This document shows, in pieces, positions 39,354-51,998 of a DNA stretch of 64,000 nt. Origin of the DNA: Yuukianura sp. NJ FZ-2021 (lineage: Eukaryota); the NCBI GenBank assembly GCA_046563655.1, contig CM102285.1:3658001-3722000 (forward strand). The letters run 5' to 3'. Position 1 is the stretch's first letter, and the number at the start of each line of letters is the position of its first letter. The position numbers and the translations under genes were made by a program. The notes under the pieces were generated by a model. That model was not told the origin of the DNA and made no database searches. It worked only from the letters and a program-made list of their open reading frames with translations.

Positions 39354-41795
39354 TCCAAACCGTCCGATGCACTTGTTGCTTGTTATTGTTGATGTTGACA
39401 GATGAAGTGAAATGGAAATGCAGCGGTGTATCCGAGCCCAGTTGTTGATTGAAACTGGTTTTTTATCTTCCACTTCGTTGATGATGGGAAACGCAGAAAG
39501 TTATGCGAACTTTGAGCAGATGAATTCCCTGGCATTATAGTAGGTTTGTTACTATCTTTCCACAACTCTCGAGAACATATCAGTGGATTCACATTTACAC
39601 CCAATGGCCGTTGACCTCTGGAGGATTTAACCCCCTCACTCCAATCCTAATCTAATCGACACGTAGCAACGACACGTCGAAACTCATCTTGGTTAGGTTG
39701 GAGACAAAATACGCAAAATTCAAAAGCGGAGCAGGTTAGTGAGGTAAAGGTTAGGTTTGGTTAAGGTTGGAAAACTGGAAATGTTATGGTTCACTGCAAT
39801 CTCCCCTACCAAGGGCATGTGACCAGAATTTTTGACAGTGTAGCATGCACATCATCATTGTCAATTAAAGCTACCCATGTTTTTCACCACACAAACATTA
39901 AAACTCCCTATTGCTGTATAACCGTCCTAAATTACGCGCATGCACTTCACCAAGGAATCTCCTAGATCAGATAGGAGAAAGGTTCCTTACAACAACGGTG
40001 CTTTCTCTGATTCCCAGCATTTGTTCCAGCGTCAGCATCAACATGAAGCCTGATAAATGATATATCATTTATGTTTGTATAGGTGCGAACTTCGTAGAAA
40101 AGTATCTCCCTAAGTTGTAATACGTAGCGTCCGTATTTGAAATCGGCACATTTCTCGTAAACTGCTGAAATTATTATGGCAGTACACAGGAATTTACTCG
40201 TAGGAGTCCAAAAAGCAGTGTAGAACCTCACTCCTTCAGGGTTACATTAAAATGGTTTAACTTCACGCCATTTTAATTGGATTTGAGTGCTGTTATAAAA
40301 GAGAAACGAGAATGTTATGAAAAAAGAATAGTAAGTATTTTATTGCCACGTGGGAAATAACCAAAACTCAGATTGTTCTCACGATGCAGGGTTTAACTTT
40401 TGAATAAAAATTTGATTACGGCTTTATGCTAACATGTCAGCGTGCGAGTAAATCTTTTGTCAATGAGCCGTTGGCGTATAATGTGAACCTGTTGTCCAAT
40501 TAAAAATAGTTTCCAGTTGACCAAATACTGTACTCTGTAGTATGAACCCATGGTTAAATTCGCAACGAATTCCAACAATCACTTTAATGGAAGTTAGACG
40601 TTTGTAGAAGAGGTGGATTTTCTGCCCGAAAATATAAAACCTTGGTTATGTACAAAAAAAAATTCTTTTGCCTGAAGAAGCTTTAAAATGGTTCTACGAG
40701 TATAAAACGTGATAGAATTAAAATGAACATTCTCTTATATTACGATTGTAATTTTGAAATTCAGTTATAATTAATTAATTACATTTGAACAGTGTAAACG
40801 TTTTGCCAGGTGTGAACATTATAATTACATTTAATTAATTGTAAGATGTGTTGCGTTTGCGCTGGAATTGGACTTTGTCCAAAAAATAATTTTTAGCAGA
40901 AACTTTTACACCCTGTATGTCGAAAAAATTAGCACCACAATTCGAAATAAGAAAATTCTATTGAAAAGCCAATGTAACTTGTTGGAGGTTTACAGGATCA
41001 AAAAACGTATAAAAAGTTGTAAAAAGACAAAAATTTGGACTATGAGCGTTTTTTTTTGTTGCAGTACTAACAGAACATTCTCTCGTTCAAAAAAGTGTTC
41101 CACCTTACAAAGTTTTATGAGATAAAAACACTTTGAAAATGGTTTCTGTAGACAAAAAAATACATAATGGACCGTTTCAGCTTTTTTTCATATCAAAAAT
41201 AAAAAATATCTACAATAATTATGACATTTAACCTTACGTGACCAACAAACATTACTTACATTACATTACAAAAAATCACGTTAATTTTTATATAGGTATG
41301 TTAGTTCATAAAAATTTACTCCTTAAAAGACTTTTGCCGGAAATTAAGCCACAAATCTTGGTTTATCATTGCGCGTGAGTACTGAACATAATAAAACTAT
41401 TTTTTGTTTTGATAGATTTTATCAAGACAAAAAATATTGATTTTTTTGAATACATTGACCCTTTACATAAAATAAAATCTTGGATTTTAATTTTCAGCAA
41501 TTAGTTGTTCTAATTTGTCTTAATTAATCAATGAGTATGAACAAATTTCCTTGTACTTCCAATAATCAGGCGCTAATTGATTTGTAAATTTACTGGGAAT
41601 GAAAGTGTCACTCCTAATTTTATATAATAATGTCTGGTTAGTTTAGTTTGACAAATTCATGAACAATTATTTGCACAAGGTGAAAGTACTGCCATAACCT
41701 TTTCGATTTCTTCCTGATGTAGTGAAAATGGCCTATTGGCCTAAAAAAAAAGACAACCCACTACAAAGTTTTGTTTTGCCTTCCTTGGTGGAAGG

Positions 41796-42051
41796 CAGCC
41801 CCCTGCGAACAGCTCTCTTAGCAACCAACGCAATTTTTTGTTTGTGACGTCACCAGCTGAAAAATACCGTAATCGTGAGATTGGAAGCCCCTGGCATTTA
41901 TGTAAACAAGATGTGTCTTACGGGTTTCTATAGGACACCACCAATAACTGGCAGAATTCAGGTATTTTCAGCGGGTGACGTCATTTTTTTTCCACATGGC
42001 AACCAAACAAATTTTCCATTCACACTACCTAGTAGTATTCTATTTACCTTG
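41796..42051. mobile_element. TIR-less short element with 9-bp TSD, copy 2 (inverted relative to copy 1)
   Basis: cagccccctg...tatttaccttg. TSD ggtggaagg at 41787-41795 and, beyond the nested MITE, at 42903-42911. Confidence 0.8.
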
Positions 42052-42053
42052 GG

Positions 42054-42896
42054 CATAGATGGGCATCCTCAAAGAGGACGTCCTCAAATCCTCTATCCTC
42101 AATCGATTCCCGATCCTCAAGTACTCTTCTCCTCTATCCTCACTCGATTTCTAGTCCTCAAATCTTCAAAACCTCATCCTCATTGGTATCCCAATCCTTA
42201 AAACCTCAAATCCTCTATCCTCAATCCCAATAATGTCCTCAAATCCTTAAACCTCTATCCTCAATTAAGTGAAAATAACTATATATAACGTTTGGTTCAC
42301 CAAGTCAATTTTATTTCAGACTAATATTCAATTTAATTAACCTAACCTAACAGCGTCAGGAACACCACCAGTTACTTTCTTGTAACGTAGGCGGTTGATA
42401 ACTTTTGCAGATGACGAAGATTCGATTTCTTGTACTTCCTCGTCATTAATCACGACAGGACCAAACTCGAGTGTTGCCTGTTTTAAGTTCGACGACATGT
42501 TGTTCATTAACTAATTTAAATTAGATACACATCACTTCGGACTATACTATTGGCAGTGGCAGCTGATGATACCGCGGTTGTTAGCGGGATGTCTGGGGAT
42601 GTCTCATTTGACTCAATTTGCTAGGAATTGCGAAATTGAGGAGTGCTCAAATACTCAATCCTCAAGTAAATTTGAATCCTCAACTACTCTAATCCTCTAT
42701 CCTCACTTCATACTGTATCCTTAAATACTCAAAACCTCTATCCTCATTCAAAGTCCATCCTCAAAACTTCAATCCTCTATACTCTTCCCGGCCATCGGTC
42801 CTCAAATCCTCTATACTAAATCCTCATCCAAAATCGTGTCCTCTTTGAGGATTTCGTCCTCTTTGAGGATTTTTTGAGTGAGGACGCATATCTATG
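42054..42896. mobile_element. CATAG-ended MITE, copy 2 (inverted relative to 11839-12741)
   Basis: TIRs as in copy 1. 8-bp TSD accttggg (42046-42053, 42897-42904). Confidence 0.9.
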
Positions 42897-43329
42897 ACCT
42901 TGGGTGGAAGGTAGAAAATTGAACTTTTATTTTCAAAAAGTTAAATGTGAAATTCAGTTTGACCTCGCAGAGGTCACACTGACGAGTAGTAAAGTCTCAT
43001 GCTCCAAGCAGAGCAGAAGGAAGAAGTTGAATGAATTGCAAGTACAGGCGGCACTGGGTCCTTTTATAGGGCCCAGACCGGAAACCACAGGAGTAAGACA
43101 AGAGTCAAAGTTACTCCAAATTACAATAGTTGCAAATACAAATCTAATTTTACACATTGGGTCAATGAACTTACACTAGTTCTAAATTACATTGTTGTAA
43201 AAGACAAAGGTTCTAATTAGAAGAATTGCATATGCAGATTGATGTGAAGTTGGAGTCGCTGACTGGAGATGTGTTGGTCTCATCACACTGACTTCACTTT
43301 TCACGCCTCAGCATCGGCAGACTTTTATG

Positions 43330-43660
43330 GGGGGAGATCACCAGCAAAAACATTTGAAAAAATTTGCAACGAAAAAAATTTTCTACGTCGACTTTATTTT
43401 TTGCAGCAACTGAAAAGTCGTTGCAGAAAAAAAGTCAATGCAAAAAAAAGTCGACGTAGAAAAAAAGTAGTTGCAGAAAAAAAGTCGACGAAAAAAATTG
43501 AGTTGCTGCAATTTTTTATTGCAGTAAAAAAAAGTAATTGAAAAAAGTTTTTTTAATATAAAATTGAAGCGCGGTAAAAATTGAGACGGAGATAATTTTC
43601 AGTTGCAGAAAATTTCCGATGTCGAAAACTGACATCGGGATTTTAGTTGAACTAGTCTCT
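43330..43660. repeat. Degenerate repeat, possibly a MITE, with gtcgac/ttgca-aaaaaa units
   Basis: Short reiterated motifs and weak inverted ends (gggagat../..agtctctc). Confidence 0.35.
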
Positions 43661-43707
43661 CACAGATGGAGCACGCGGCCTCATAAACTTTCAATGCATG
43701 GATCCAT

Positions 43708-43978
43708 GCAGAAATCAAGGCGATCGAAAAGATAGAAGAAGCCCTTTAGGCAAAAACTAGAACAGAAGGGTAAAACGCTTATGGAAGTCGAGGAAGATGC
43801 AGACGACGTTGCAAAGCCCCCTGCCGAGGTCGTTAAGAATTGCTTTGTCCAAGTGCCCACTCAAGACGACATTGAAAAGAAAATCATTGACCAAAAATAG
43901 CGTAAGCTATTAGAAATGTATGTAAGTCCAGATATAGTGGAGAAGAAAACGGAGTCTAGAGAGTTGGGTTTAAAGTAA
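43708..43978 (+). pseudogene. ISY1: Duplicated, decayed fragment of the ISY1 last exon
   Basis: Highly similar to 31911-32183, but with an extra base (gaagccctttagg vs gaagctcttagg), a premature TAG near 43898, and no upstream exons. Confidence 0.9.
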
Positions 43979-44310
43979 ATTGACCTTTGAGATAAAATTG
44001 TACCCAAACAACCAAATAGGGAGGTGCGACATGCTGTTGTAGTTGTTGCATTTTTCCCAAGACTTTGTGGAAACAGTGCACCGGGGTTAGGTTAGGTTAC
44101 CCGTACTAGAAAAAAAATTATTTTAAGAGAGAAAACCAGAAAACTAATAAGTAATAACCTACCCTAGCAGTTTTTGTTTTCATTTTAAAATCAATAAAAG
44201 TGACACTTATCACATTGGTACTGGGGTTGTGTACATCTCAATTCTCTTTATAATGAATTAATTTGGAAATTAACTTTTTACAATTTGCGCTGAACTAACT
44301 TTGGCTGCTA

Positions 44311-47300
44311 CTAGAAAGTTGGCATGCGTGGTTTGACGAGAGCATGGAAAGGCTGTGGACTCAGCGTGAATCCAATCAGGGGCTTGGTGCTTGGCAGAGG
44401 GTGCGACGGCGCTTGCTCGAAAGTGAACTTCTGGAACATCGTCGTGACGAAGGTAAATATTGACGCCTTTGCTAACTGCTCACCCAGACATACTCGCTTT
44501 CCTGTATCAACAAGATTGGTTAAGTGTGGAACAGAATTTTACCAGATATTTATGTAACCACTGCTATATCTGTAGTAACCACCGGATGTTGTTTCGAAGC
44601 ACGCCATTACATCGAAAAAAAAGACATCGAAGGAAAAGACATCGGAGAAAAAGACATCGAAAAGAAACACATCGAAAATAGAAACACATCGAAAATATAA
44701 ACACATCGAAACAAAAGACATCGAAAAAAAAGACATCGAAAATGCAAACACATCGAAACAAAAGACATCGAAAACTAACCTCAGCCAGCCAAACTACGCA
44801 CGCAATCACTATTGCGTGCTTTACCAAACCTAGCGCCAAACCTAAAGTTTTCATTTTTAGACTGAAACTGCACGCACAAATTTCGTTGGAATTTCCGCGC
44901 CGAAGGCGCGGCGTTAGGTTTGGTAAAGCACGCAATAGTGATTGCGTGCGTAGTTTGGCTGACTGAGGTTAGTTTTCGATGTCTTTTGTTTCGATGTGTT
45001 TGCATTTTCGATGTCTTTTTTTTCGATGTCTTTTGTTTCGATGTGTTTATATTTTCGATGTGTTTCTATTTTCGATGTGTTTCTTTTCGATGTCTTTTTC
45101 TCCGATGTCTTTTCTTTCGATGTCTTTTTTTCGATGTAATGGCATGGACCCTGTTGTTTATGTAACTATAGGCTATGTTGCCTTAAAGCATCCAAAATGT
45201 GTCGATTTTCCAGAATCAACTACTTGATCTGGTTACAAATACGGGGTTTGTATAGCCCACGAAAAGATGGTTACACTTACTCTACTGCGGACACACCAGC
45301 CGAACGTCAACACGTAAATTACATTACAAGCACTTACTTTCGCTAATATTTTTACCGCCAACTTTAAAAATAAGTGCTTACCAGCTCCGAACGGCAAAAT
45401 TTTGTCGGCATTGACCACTTGACCCTTGGTGTTAAGAAATCGGTCGGGTCGAAAAGCCAATGGATCTCCCCACATCTTCTCACTCATGTGCATAGCAGGT
45501 AGGTTGACCACAGCAGCACATCCCTTTAATAACGAAAATTCGTAAATACTTAACACATAGAACCACTATTTCCACCACCGAATCTTCTGATTGGTGAAAT
45601 GCAATGTTGGATCTTGATAGAGCTTGCCTGAGGAATTGTGTAGCCACAGAGTGTAGTTTCCTTAATCGGAGCCCGGAGGACAATTGGCACAACATTAGCA
45701 TGCCTACAATTACAAAAGCACATACCAGCGCCGTTTATTACCTTTGATTTTTTTTTCTCCGAAGCTGATACAACATTGTTACCTCTGTATTTCCAAAATA
45801 GTGGCTTCGCAAAAGGGCATTCTATAATGACAAAAATTGTTTTAATGAATGTGCAACGACAGTCTATGGCGCGGTAATATCATTGTTACTGTAAATCATG
45901 TTAGTACTTTGGTCTGTCTGAAATGCATGGGCAACGTTTGTAACCTACTACGGCGTCAATCTCTGCCTGTACTTTTCTCTGTACCTCGGGATTCTTCATC
46001 AGGTAGAAAATGGCAAATTCTAGTGTGTTGCTTGTCGTCTCGGAACCTGCTCATTTCGTTTTCAACGTACAAAATACAAGTTAACAAGCAACACATCAGA
46101 TTATAAAAAATCTTATTAAAAACCAACCTGCCGCGAACAAGTCCATAGTGACTGTCACGAATTGTTCATCTGAAATCAGTTAAGTCAGAACCTTTGTTTG
46201 TAAGAACATGGGGAAGTACGGCTTTGTCGGAATTTGAAACGGAAATTGTTTGGGGAATTCTTAGTATGTTGTTGAATTCTTAATCTCAACCAGGGGGCGG
46301 CAAAAATGCCTTAGCGACCAAAACCGATTCTTTATTTGTTTACAATTTCACTCACAGTGACGTCACTCCGAGTGAAAATACAGGTTCATCCGAGTTTTTA
46401 AGCTATGTTTAAGTTTGCGGCGAAAGTATTGAGACTAAAATGATGAAAATTTTGAACAACACTGTAAATGAGTGAACTCGGAGTCAAAGAGATCCCATAG
46501 CAACTCAGTTTTGAAAAAACAATTTTAAACAACCGTACCTATAAGTATTCTATTTACCTTGAATCTCAACGTGTTTCTCGTGATTTATAAAATTCTGGAA
46601 TGAATTCTTTTTTTTTTTGAAATTTTCAGACGAATTAATTTTTTCCGAAATATGAGTTTGCTTTTGACAATTCCGTATGAATTCATTTTTTGTGAAATTC
46701 TTACTTAAATTTGTTGCACCAACCCGTTCGGCCCCCTTTTGAAAAATTTTCAGGAAAATTTTCAAAGTATCGAGTTAATGATCCCCCAAGACAACCTCAA
46801 AAATGACCTCTACGAAAGTTATTCAGCTCGATGAGGGGAACATTTTTTTGTCTTTGACCCTGTGACCTTCCCCAGAGGTCAAAGGTCAATTTGAAGGTCA
46901 AACTAGAAAAAAAACTTTTTTCATACTTTTTGACGAAACGAACGATTTGGTTGCGATGACCTCCGTGACCCCAAAAAGGACAAAAAATCATTTTGCTAAC
47001 TTTTCATAAAAATGACTTGGGGAGTGGTAATAGAGGTAACGGAGGTCATCGCAACCATAAATATCGTTCGTTTCGTCAAAAAAAATGAAAAAAAGTTTTT
47101 TTTTTAGTTTGACTTTTAAATTGACCTATGACCTCTGGGGAAGGTCACAGGGTCATAGGTCACAGGACAAAAAATGAATCCTCGCATTAAGCTGAATAAC
47201 TTTTACTGAGGTCATTTTTGAGGTTGTCTGGAGTCATCAACACAGTACTTTGAAAATTTTCGGGAAAATTTTTCAAAAGTGGGGCCGAACGGGTTGGTGC

Positions 47301-48550
47301 AACCCTTAAATGTTATATATTTTATGTACTTACCGGTGTAAAAGTTAGTTTCTGGGTTATCGTCCCGGTGTGCGTCAATTTGACATAAAAAAACGTCAAT
47401 GTAGTCGCGCTGTTCCGTTAGGTAACTTCCCTCAGCTCGGCGTTCGTCCAAGGTATTCTAGGGTAATAATACGTTTAATTCCTACGGCATAGCAAAAATC
47501 TTGGATACGCTGCATAGAATAAAAAAGTATACCTGGAAAAAAGATTGAAGTCGATGTACGTTCTCAGCCATACGAACTTCGTATGTCGAAAATAGCGCCA
47601 TAATTTTGGCCATGAACGGGAATGAAGAGTACAAGTAGATTGGGGACGTCAATTCTCCCATAGAATTCATCCTCGCTTCTTCTTCAATTACAGTGAGCAG
47701 TTCTTTCAATTTTTTGTCGTCATGACAGAACCGTCTTCCGGCAATCATGGACCAGAGAACATTAAGTACTGACACGGTAAAGAGTTGCTTCATGGCTACA
47801 ATTCCGCCTTCACCAATGTCACTCTGGAGTCGACTTGTCAAATCAAGTAACTCCTCCTCTAGCACGCTCTCCATGCTCTTCTGTTTCCCAAATCCAAGCT
47901 CCCGAAGCGTTCTCATGCTAAATCTTCGCATTTCCTTCCACACTGGCCCACTAATCATTACAACTCCTATCAATTTTTTATTGTAAGTTAATCTCAACGT
48001 AAAAAGCATTTTCATTTTGGAATTAATTTGGGTGTAAATAAATTTGTGTTTTTCTGACCTAGAATCTTTCCGTAGGATATCTTGGTCATCCACTTGCTGT
48101 AGTAGCGGTCAACCCAGACGTCGTCCGTGAGCACTTCCTTGATGATGTCGTAGTCCTCCAGTATAACTGGAATAGAACAAATTTGTTAAAATTACAATTA
48201 TTTGCGCCAACTGAATCAAAAACTACCGCTGGATGAAAGTAAAATAACAAGCGTCAAATTTAAAAAAAAACGAGGTCAATAGAACGAAAAACTTGAAAGA
48301 CTGGATTTTGTTTGCACTTAGACTGACCTTGGTACATGACTCCCAATTGGATGAACGTGATTGGTCCGTACCTAGCTGACAGTTCATGGAATGTTGCAAA
48401 CGGCGTGTCCTTCTTCCATAGACCAAACTGGACCAAGTTCCCTATTCCAGGAAGTCTCCATGGTCCAGGTGGAAGATTCTTGGGTAACCTGGCTCTAAAT
48501 TTGAAACAAATGAGGAAAAAGATGGCTAGGATTAGAACTAAGTTCAACAT
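44311..48550 (-). CDS. Cytochrome P450, CYP2 clan, copy C; 10 exons, introns expanded by three TE insertions
   Basis: All P450 motifs are in frame (AGSETT, EIQR, FRPDRF, FGAGKRVCLG). GC-AG intron at 45524-45627. Confidence 0.9.
44595..45151. mobile_element. Palindromic MITE with (acatcgaaaa)n arms in the last intron of CYP copy C
   Basis: Near-perfect inverted arms of ~240 bp, flanking duplication tgttgttt, and absent from the paralogous introns of copies A and B. Confidence 0.85.
46291..46561. mobile_element. TIR-less short element with 9-bp TSD, copy 3 (diverged subfamily)
   Basis: cagggggcg...gtattctatttaccttg. TSD aatctcaac (46282-46290, 46562-46570). Absent from the copy A intron. Confidence 0.8.
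46711..47305. mobile_element. Palindromic MITE related to 19933-20614
   Basis: Inverted arms ending gcaaccc, TSD ttaaat, and the shared internal gacaacctcaaaaatgacc. The empty site is visible in the copy A intron (~34165). Confidence 0.8.
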
Positions 48551-49403
48551 TCCAAGCGGTCGGATGCACTTTGTGCCGGTAGGTTATTGTTGACAGATGA
48601 AGTGAATTGGAGAAGCAGTGGTGTCCCGCAGTTGTCGATTCAAGCTTGTTTTGGTATGTTCGACTTACTTTATATGGGGTTAGGTTAGGAACCGCAGAAA
48701 GTCATTCGAACTTTAAGCAGATACTACAATTACGTCCGTTCGTTTGGCTATTACTTCAGTTGCGATTACATCAGAAGTATAAAAGACCAAAAGCAATTAG
48801 GCTAGGTTGCGTTGACGTACTTTTTAACATTGACTAATTAATGGCAGCCCAATTACTTCAAATATTTTTAAATGAACGTCATTGGCGTAATACGTCAACG
48901 GCGGATGTTGCGAAAATGTCCAATGGGAAATAATTTCATCCAGTTGACCAAATACTGGATTACTCAAGCATGACTTCGTGCTATAATTCCCAGCATATCA
49001 TCGCTCTAGATCAGCGTATCACCAAGGTCACTCAAAATAAAATAGGGAATAGTTTTGTAGAAAAGAAGTAGAAGTTTACAGAAGGGGATGGGTTGCCATG
49101 AGCTATATAAAATTACATTTGGGTTCTAAGGAGCATAAAATGTGGAACGAGACGAACACTTACCTACATTTGTTGGTTTTAAATTCATGAAATCTTAATT
49201 TTTTTTTGGCCGGGTCGACCATTATAATTAGTACATAAATTATAGCATGTGTTGCGCTGGACATGGGCGTTGCCCAAAATATATTTTGTGACAACAAGTT
49301 AGACCTTGTATGTCGAGAAACTTGTTATTATCACAGCTGGTAATAAAAAAAGATCGGTCGAAAACCCATTTTATGTCATGTCTGGTTTATGGTTTATATC
49401 ATA

Positions 49404-50964
49404 CTGTTACTGGTAAAAAAGGACATCCAAGACTTTTTGAATTTGTTTTTAGAAAAAGAAAAAGAGTGACACGTGGGAAAAAGTTAAAGTAAATGCTCTA
49501 ATATAAGCGCGCGCTTATAAGAATTTTCGACCTTTCGGACGCGCCTCTATTAGAACACTATTTTTTACCGGAATAATTAATAAGTTTTAAGTGAGCCTGA
49601 ATTCAATTAATAGTGATTTCCTTCGTCGCTGGTGTCACTGTTGCTTTCTTCAAAGCTTTCAATATGCTCCATTTCAGAGTCTTCGCCTTCACTGTCAGAT
49701 TCCAAAATGACGATTTCGTTTTTTCATGCAACCGTTTTTTGCTGCTTGAAATTTCTACGTCTTTAAATTTCGTCTTCAGGACTTGGACCTCACGGATTCC
49801 TTGTTTAAAAACAACGTATGGTTTTAATTTTACGCCATCAGCACGAGGAGCGAGAACAACAGTGGCATGAACCTTTTCATTTCCTTAAAAAATTAAATTT
49901 GAAATATGAAAAGTCGACAATTGCAATATTTGTAAGTACTTAACATACCGGTAGTCTTGAATGAAATACATTTCGTTCCAACTGTTTACTTTAGTGTTAC
50001 TTGGCATGTCAAAACATATTCCAGTCTCGTTCATGGCAATAATATTTGGGTTGGAAAATTTATTCGTAACAGCGAGGTTGGAAGTGTACATAAAGAACTC
50101 GAGTCGAAAGTTAAAATTAGTTAATTTTTTACGGATTTTATCATTTTGCTTTAGCCAACTGAAGACTTGTTTCGGTGTATTTCGACGGGAGCTGCGGTAC
50201 CATCCTTGGTATTAGTAGAAGCGTACTGAACCACTTTTAATTTAAAACTGAGATCAAACGATCGTCTTTTAGGTTTCACCATTCTTAAAACGTGTATTTA
50301 AGTGCTACAATTTGATCTGAATCAAATTGGCAACGTAGAAGTTAAACAGATGATGTCACTTTGCTCTAGGCTCTGTTTTAAACTCAACTTAGCTACCGCG
50401 CTTATATCGCAATTTGCCCCCGCTCAAACCGCGCTTGCATTAGAGTATGCGCTTATATTAGAATACGCGCTTGCATTAGAGCATTTAAGGCAAAATTACC
50501 AAAATGTCCAAGTTCACAGCTCTCCTTTATTGCATAGGTGTGATCTTCCAGTGATCACTAAATAATAATCTGTGACTATTAAACACTTTTTAATGTTCAC
50601 TGAAAATCATCACTGATCACGGAAAAGTCTTCGGTGGTCACTGAAAAATCAGTGATCGATCACTTTAAAGTTTTTAGTGGTCACTGAAAGATCATCAGTG
50701 ATCACTGCTTAGTTTTTGGTGGTTACTGAAAGATTCTTAGTGGATGCTGAGAAATCACCAGTATTACTGAAAATTTTCTTCAGTCAGTCAAAATAGTCAA
50801 TGATCAATGGAAACATTTTGATTACTGAATAATCATCAGTGAACATTGACAATTTGATAGTTGTGAATGTAAAATTTACTTAATCTAAACTGTCTGATTT
50901 GATTAATTGAGCGGGAAAATTTTCTAAAAGAAAGGTCTTGGATGTCCTTTTTGACCAGTAACGG
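49404..50964. mobile_element. TIR element (Tc1/mariner-like ends) hosting a nested pogo remnant and tcactgaa repeats
   Basis: ~30-bp TIR ctgttactggtaaaaaaggacatccaagac / gtcttggatgtcctttttgaccagtaacgg. Confidence 0.7.
49487..50490 (-). mobile_element. Internally deleted pogo/Tigger-like transposon with a decayed DDE transposase fragment
   Basis: TIR-like aaatgctcta..tagagcattt. Minus-strand peptides IIAMNETGICFDMPSNTKV and KTTG/NEKVHATVVLAPRADGVKLKPYVVFK (DDE_1 type). Confidence 0.75.
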
Positions 50965-51998
50965 TTATATGGTTTATGTCGAAACAACGTAAAACAACAA
51001 GAAATTGGAAAAACAAAATAGTTTTGCTGAGATAACAGAAGATTGTCCGGTTAAAAATAATTTTCAGTTTTTATTAACGTTCAACGATGCAAAAATCACT
51101 TTCAAAAAGTTTCTGCGGACAAAAATGTTACAAACGAGCGCTTTCAATATTCGCAATTTACAAAAATAACATTTATTTTATGTATACTAGTACGTGAAAA
51201 TTTACTCCTGCAAAGAATATCCCCAATCGTGTGATTTTGGCTTGCTAGTATGAACTAGCTAGTCTGTGCTAAACTCTCATCACAACAAGTTTTTTAAATA
51301 AATCTTTTGATTTGGAAGATTTGGATCCTAGTTTCACAAGTTTCATTAGCATAATCTAATCTACCTCTATAATTTTGCTTTTACCTGTTGTCGGTTGGGT
51401 TATGGTGATCCAGCCAATGTGTGCAAATCTGTTAATCATATGTGAAGAATTGAAGAAAATTGGATATGGCAGTCGCATTTGCTCTTGCAGAGCGCATGGC
51501 GTCGAGAAAGGAAAGGTTTTGAGGATATCCATCATATCATGGCAAATGCTAGCTACTCATGTACCCGTTTTTCCCATACACAGTTAGCACAATGCCGCAA
51601 TTTCTGGACGAATGTGTTGACAAAACCATCATACTTTTGCTTGGACTTTAAGAAGACTCGGTTTTAATGCTACTCGTCGACGACATATTGCTTGGCGACA
51701 TAAAGATGTAGGACGCTTTTTTTTATAATATTGATAGTAAGAAATTTTTATTCAAAGTCAGATATTCATTTTGCAGAAATTTGCCCAGCACATGCACAGT
51801 TTTTACAACAACAATCACGCGCTAGTTTAGAACAGAATTTTGAAACTTTAATTGCTTCTTTTTTTAGTTAGCCATGTTTAGAGCATGTTGGAACAGATAG
51901 TGCTCAGAGTTTGCTTCAAGTTGATCTCATGGCTACAGATTTTGAAAATACAATCTTTAGTTGCTCGAATAAAATGTCAAATGTTGAAATTCCAAATT

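Noticed and set aside
44460-45227. Arg/His-rich, protamine-like ORFs ([11 protein letters not shown])
   Set aside because: Translations of the acatcgaaaa repeats of an intronic MITE.
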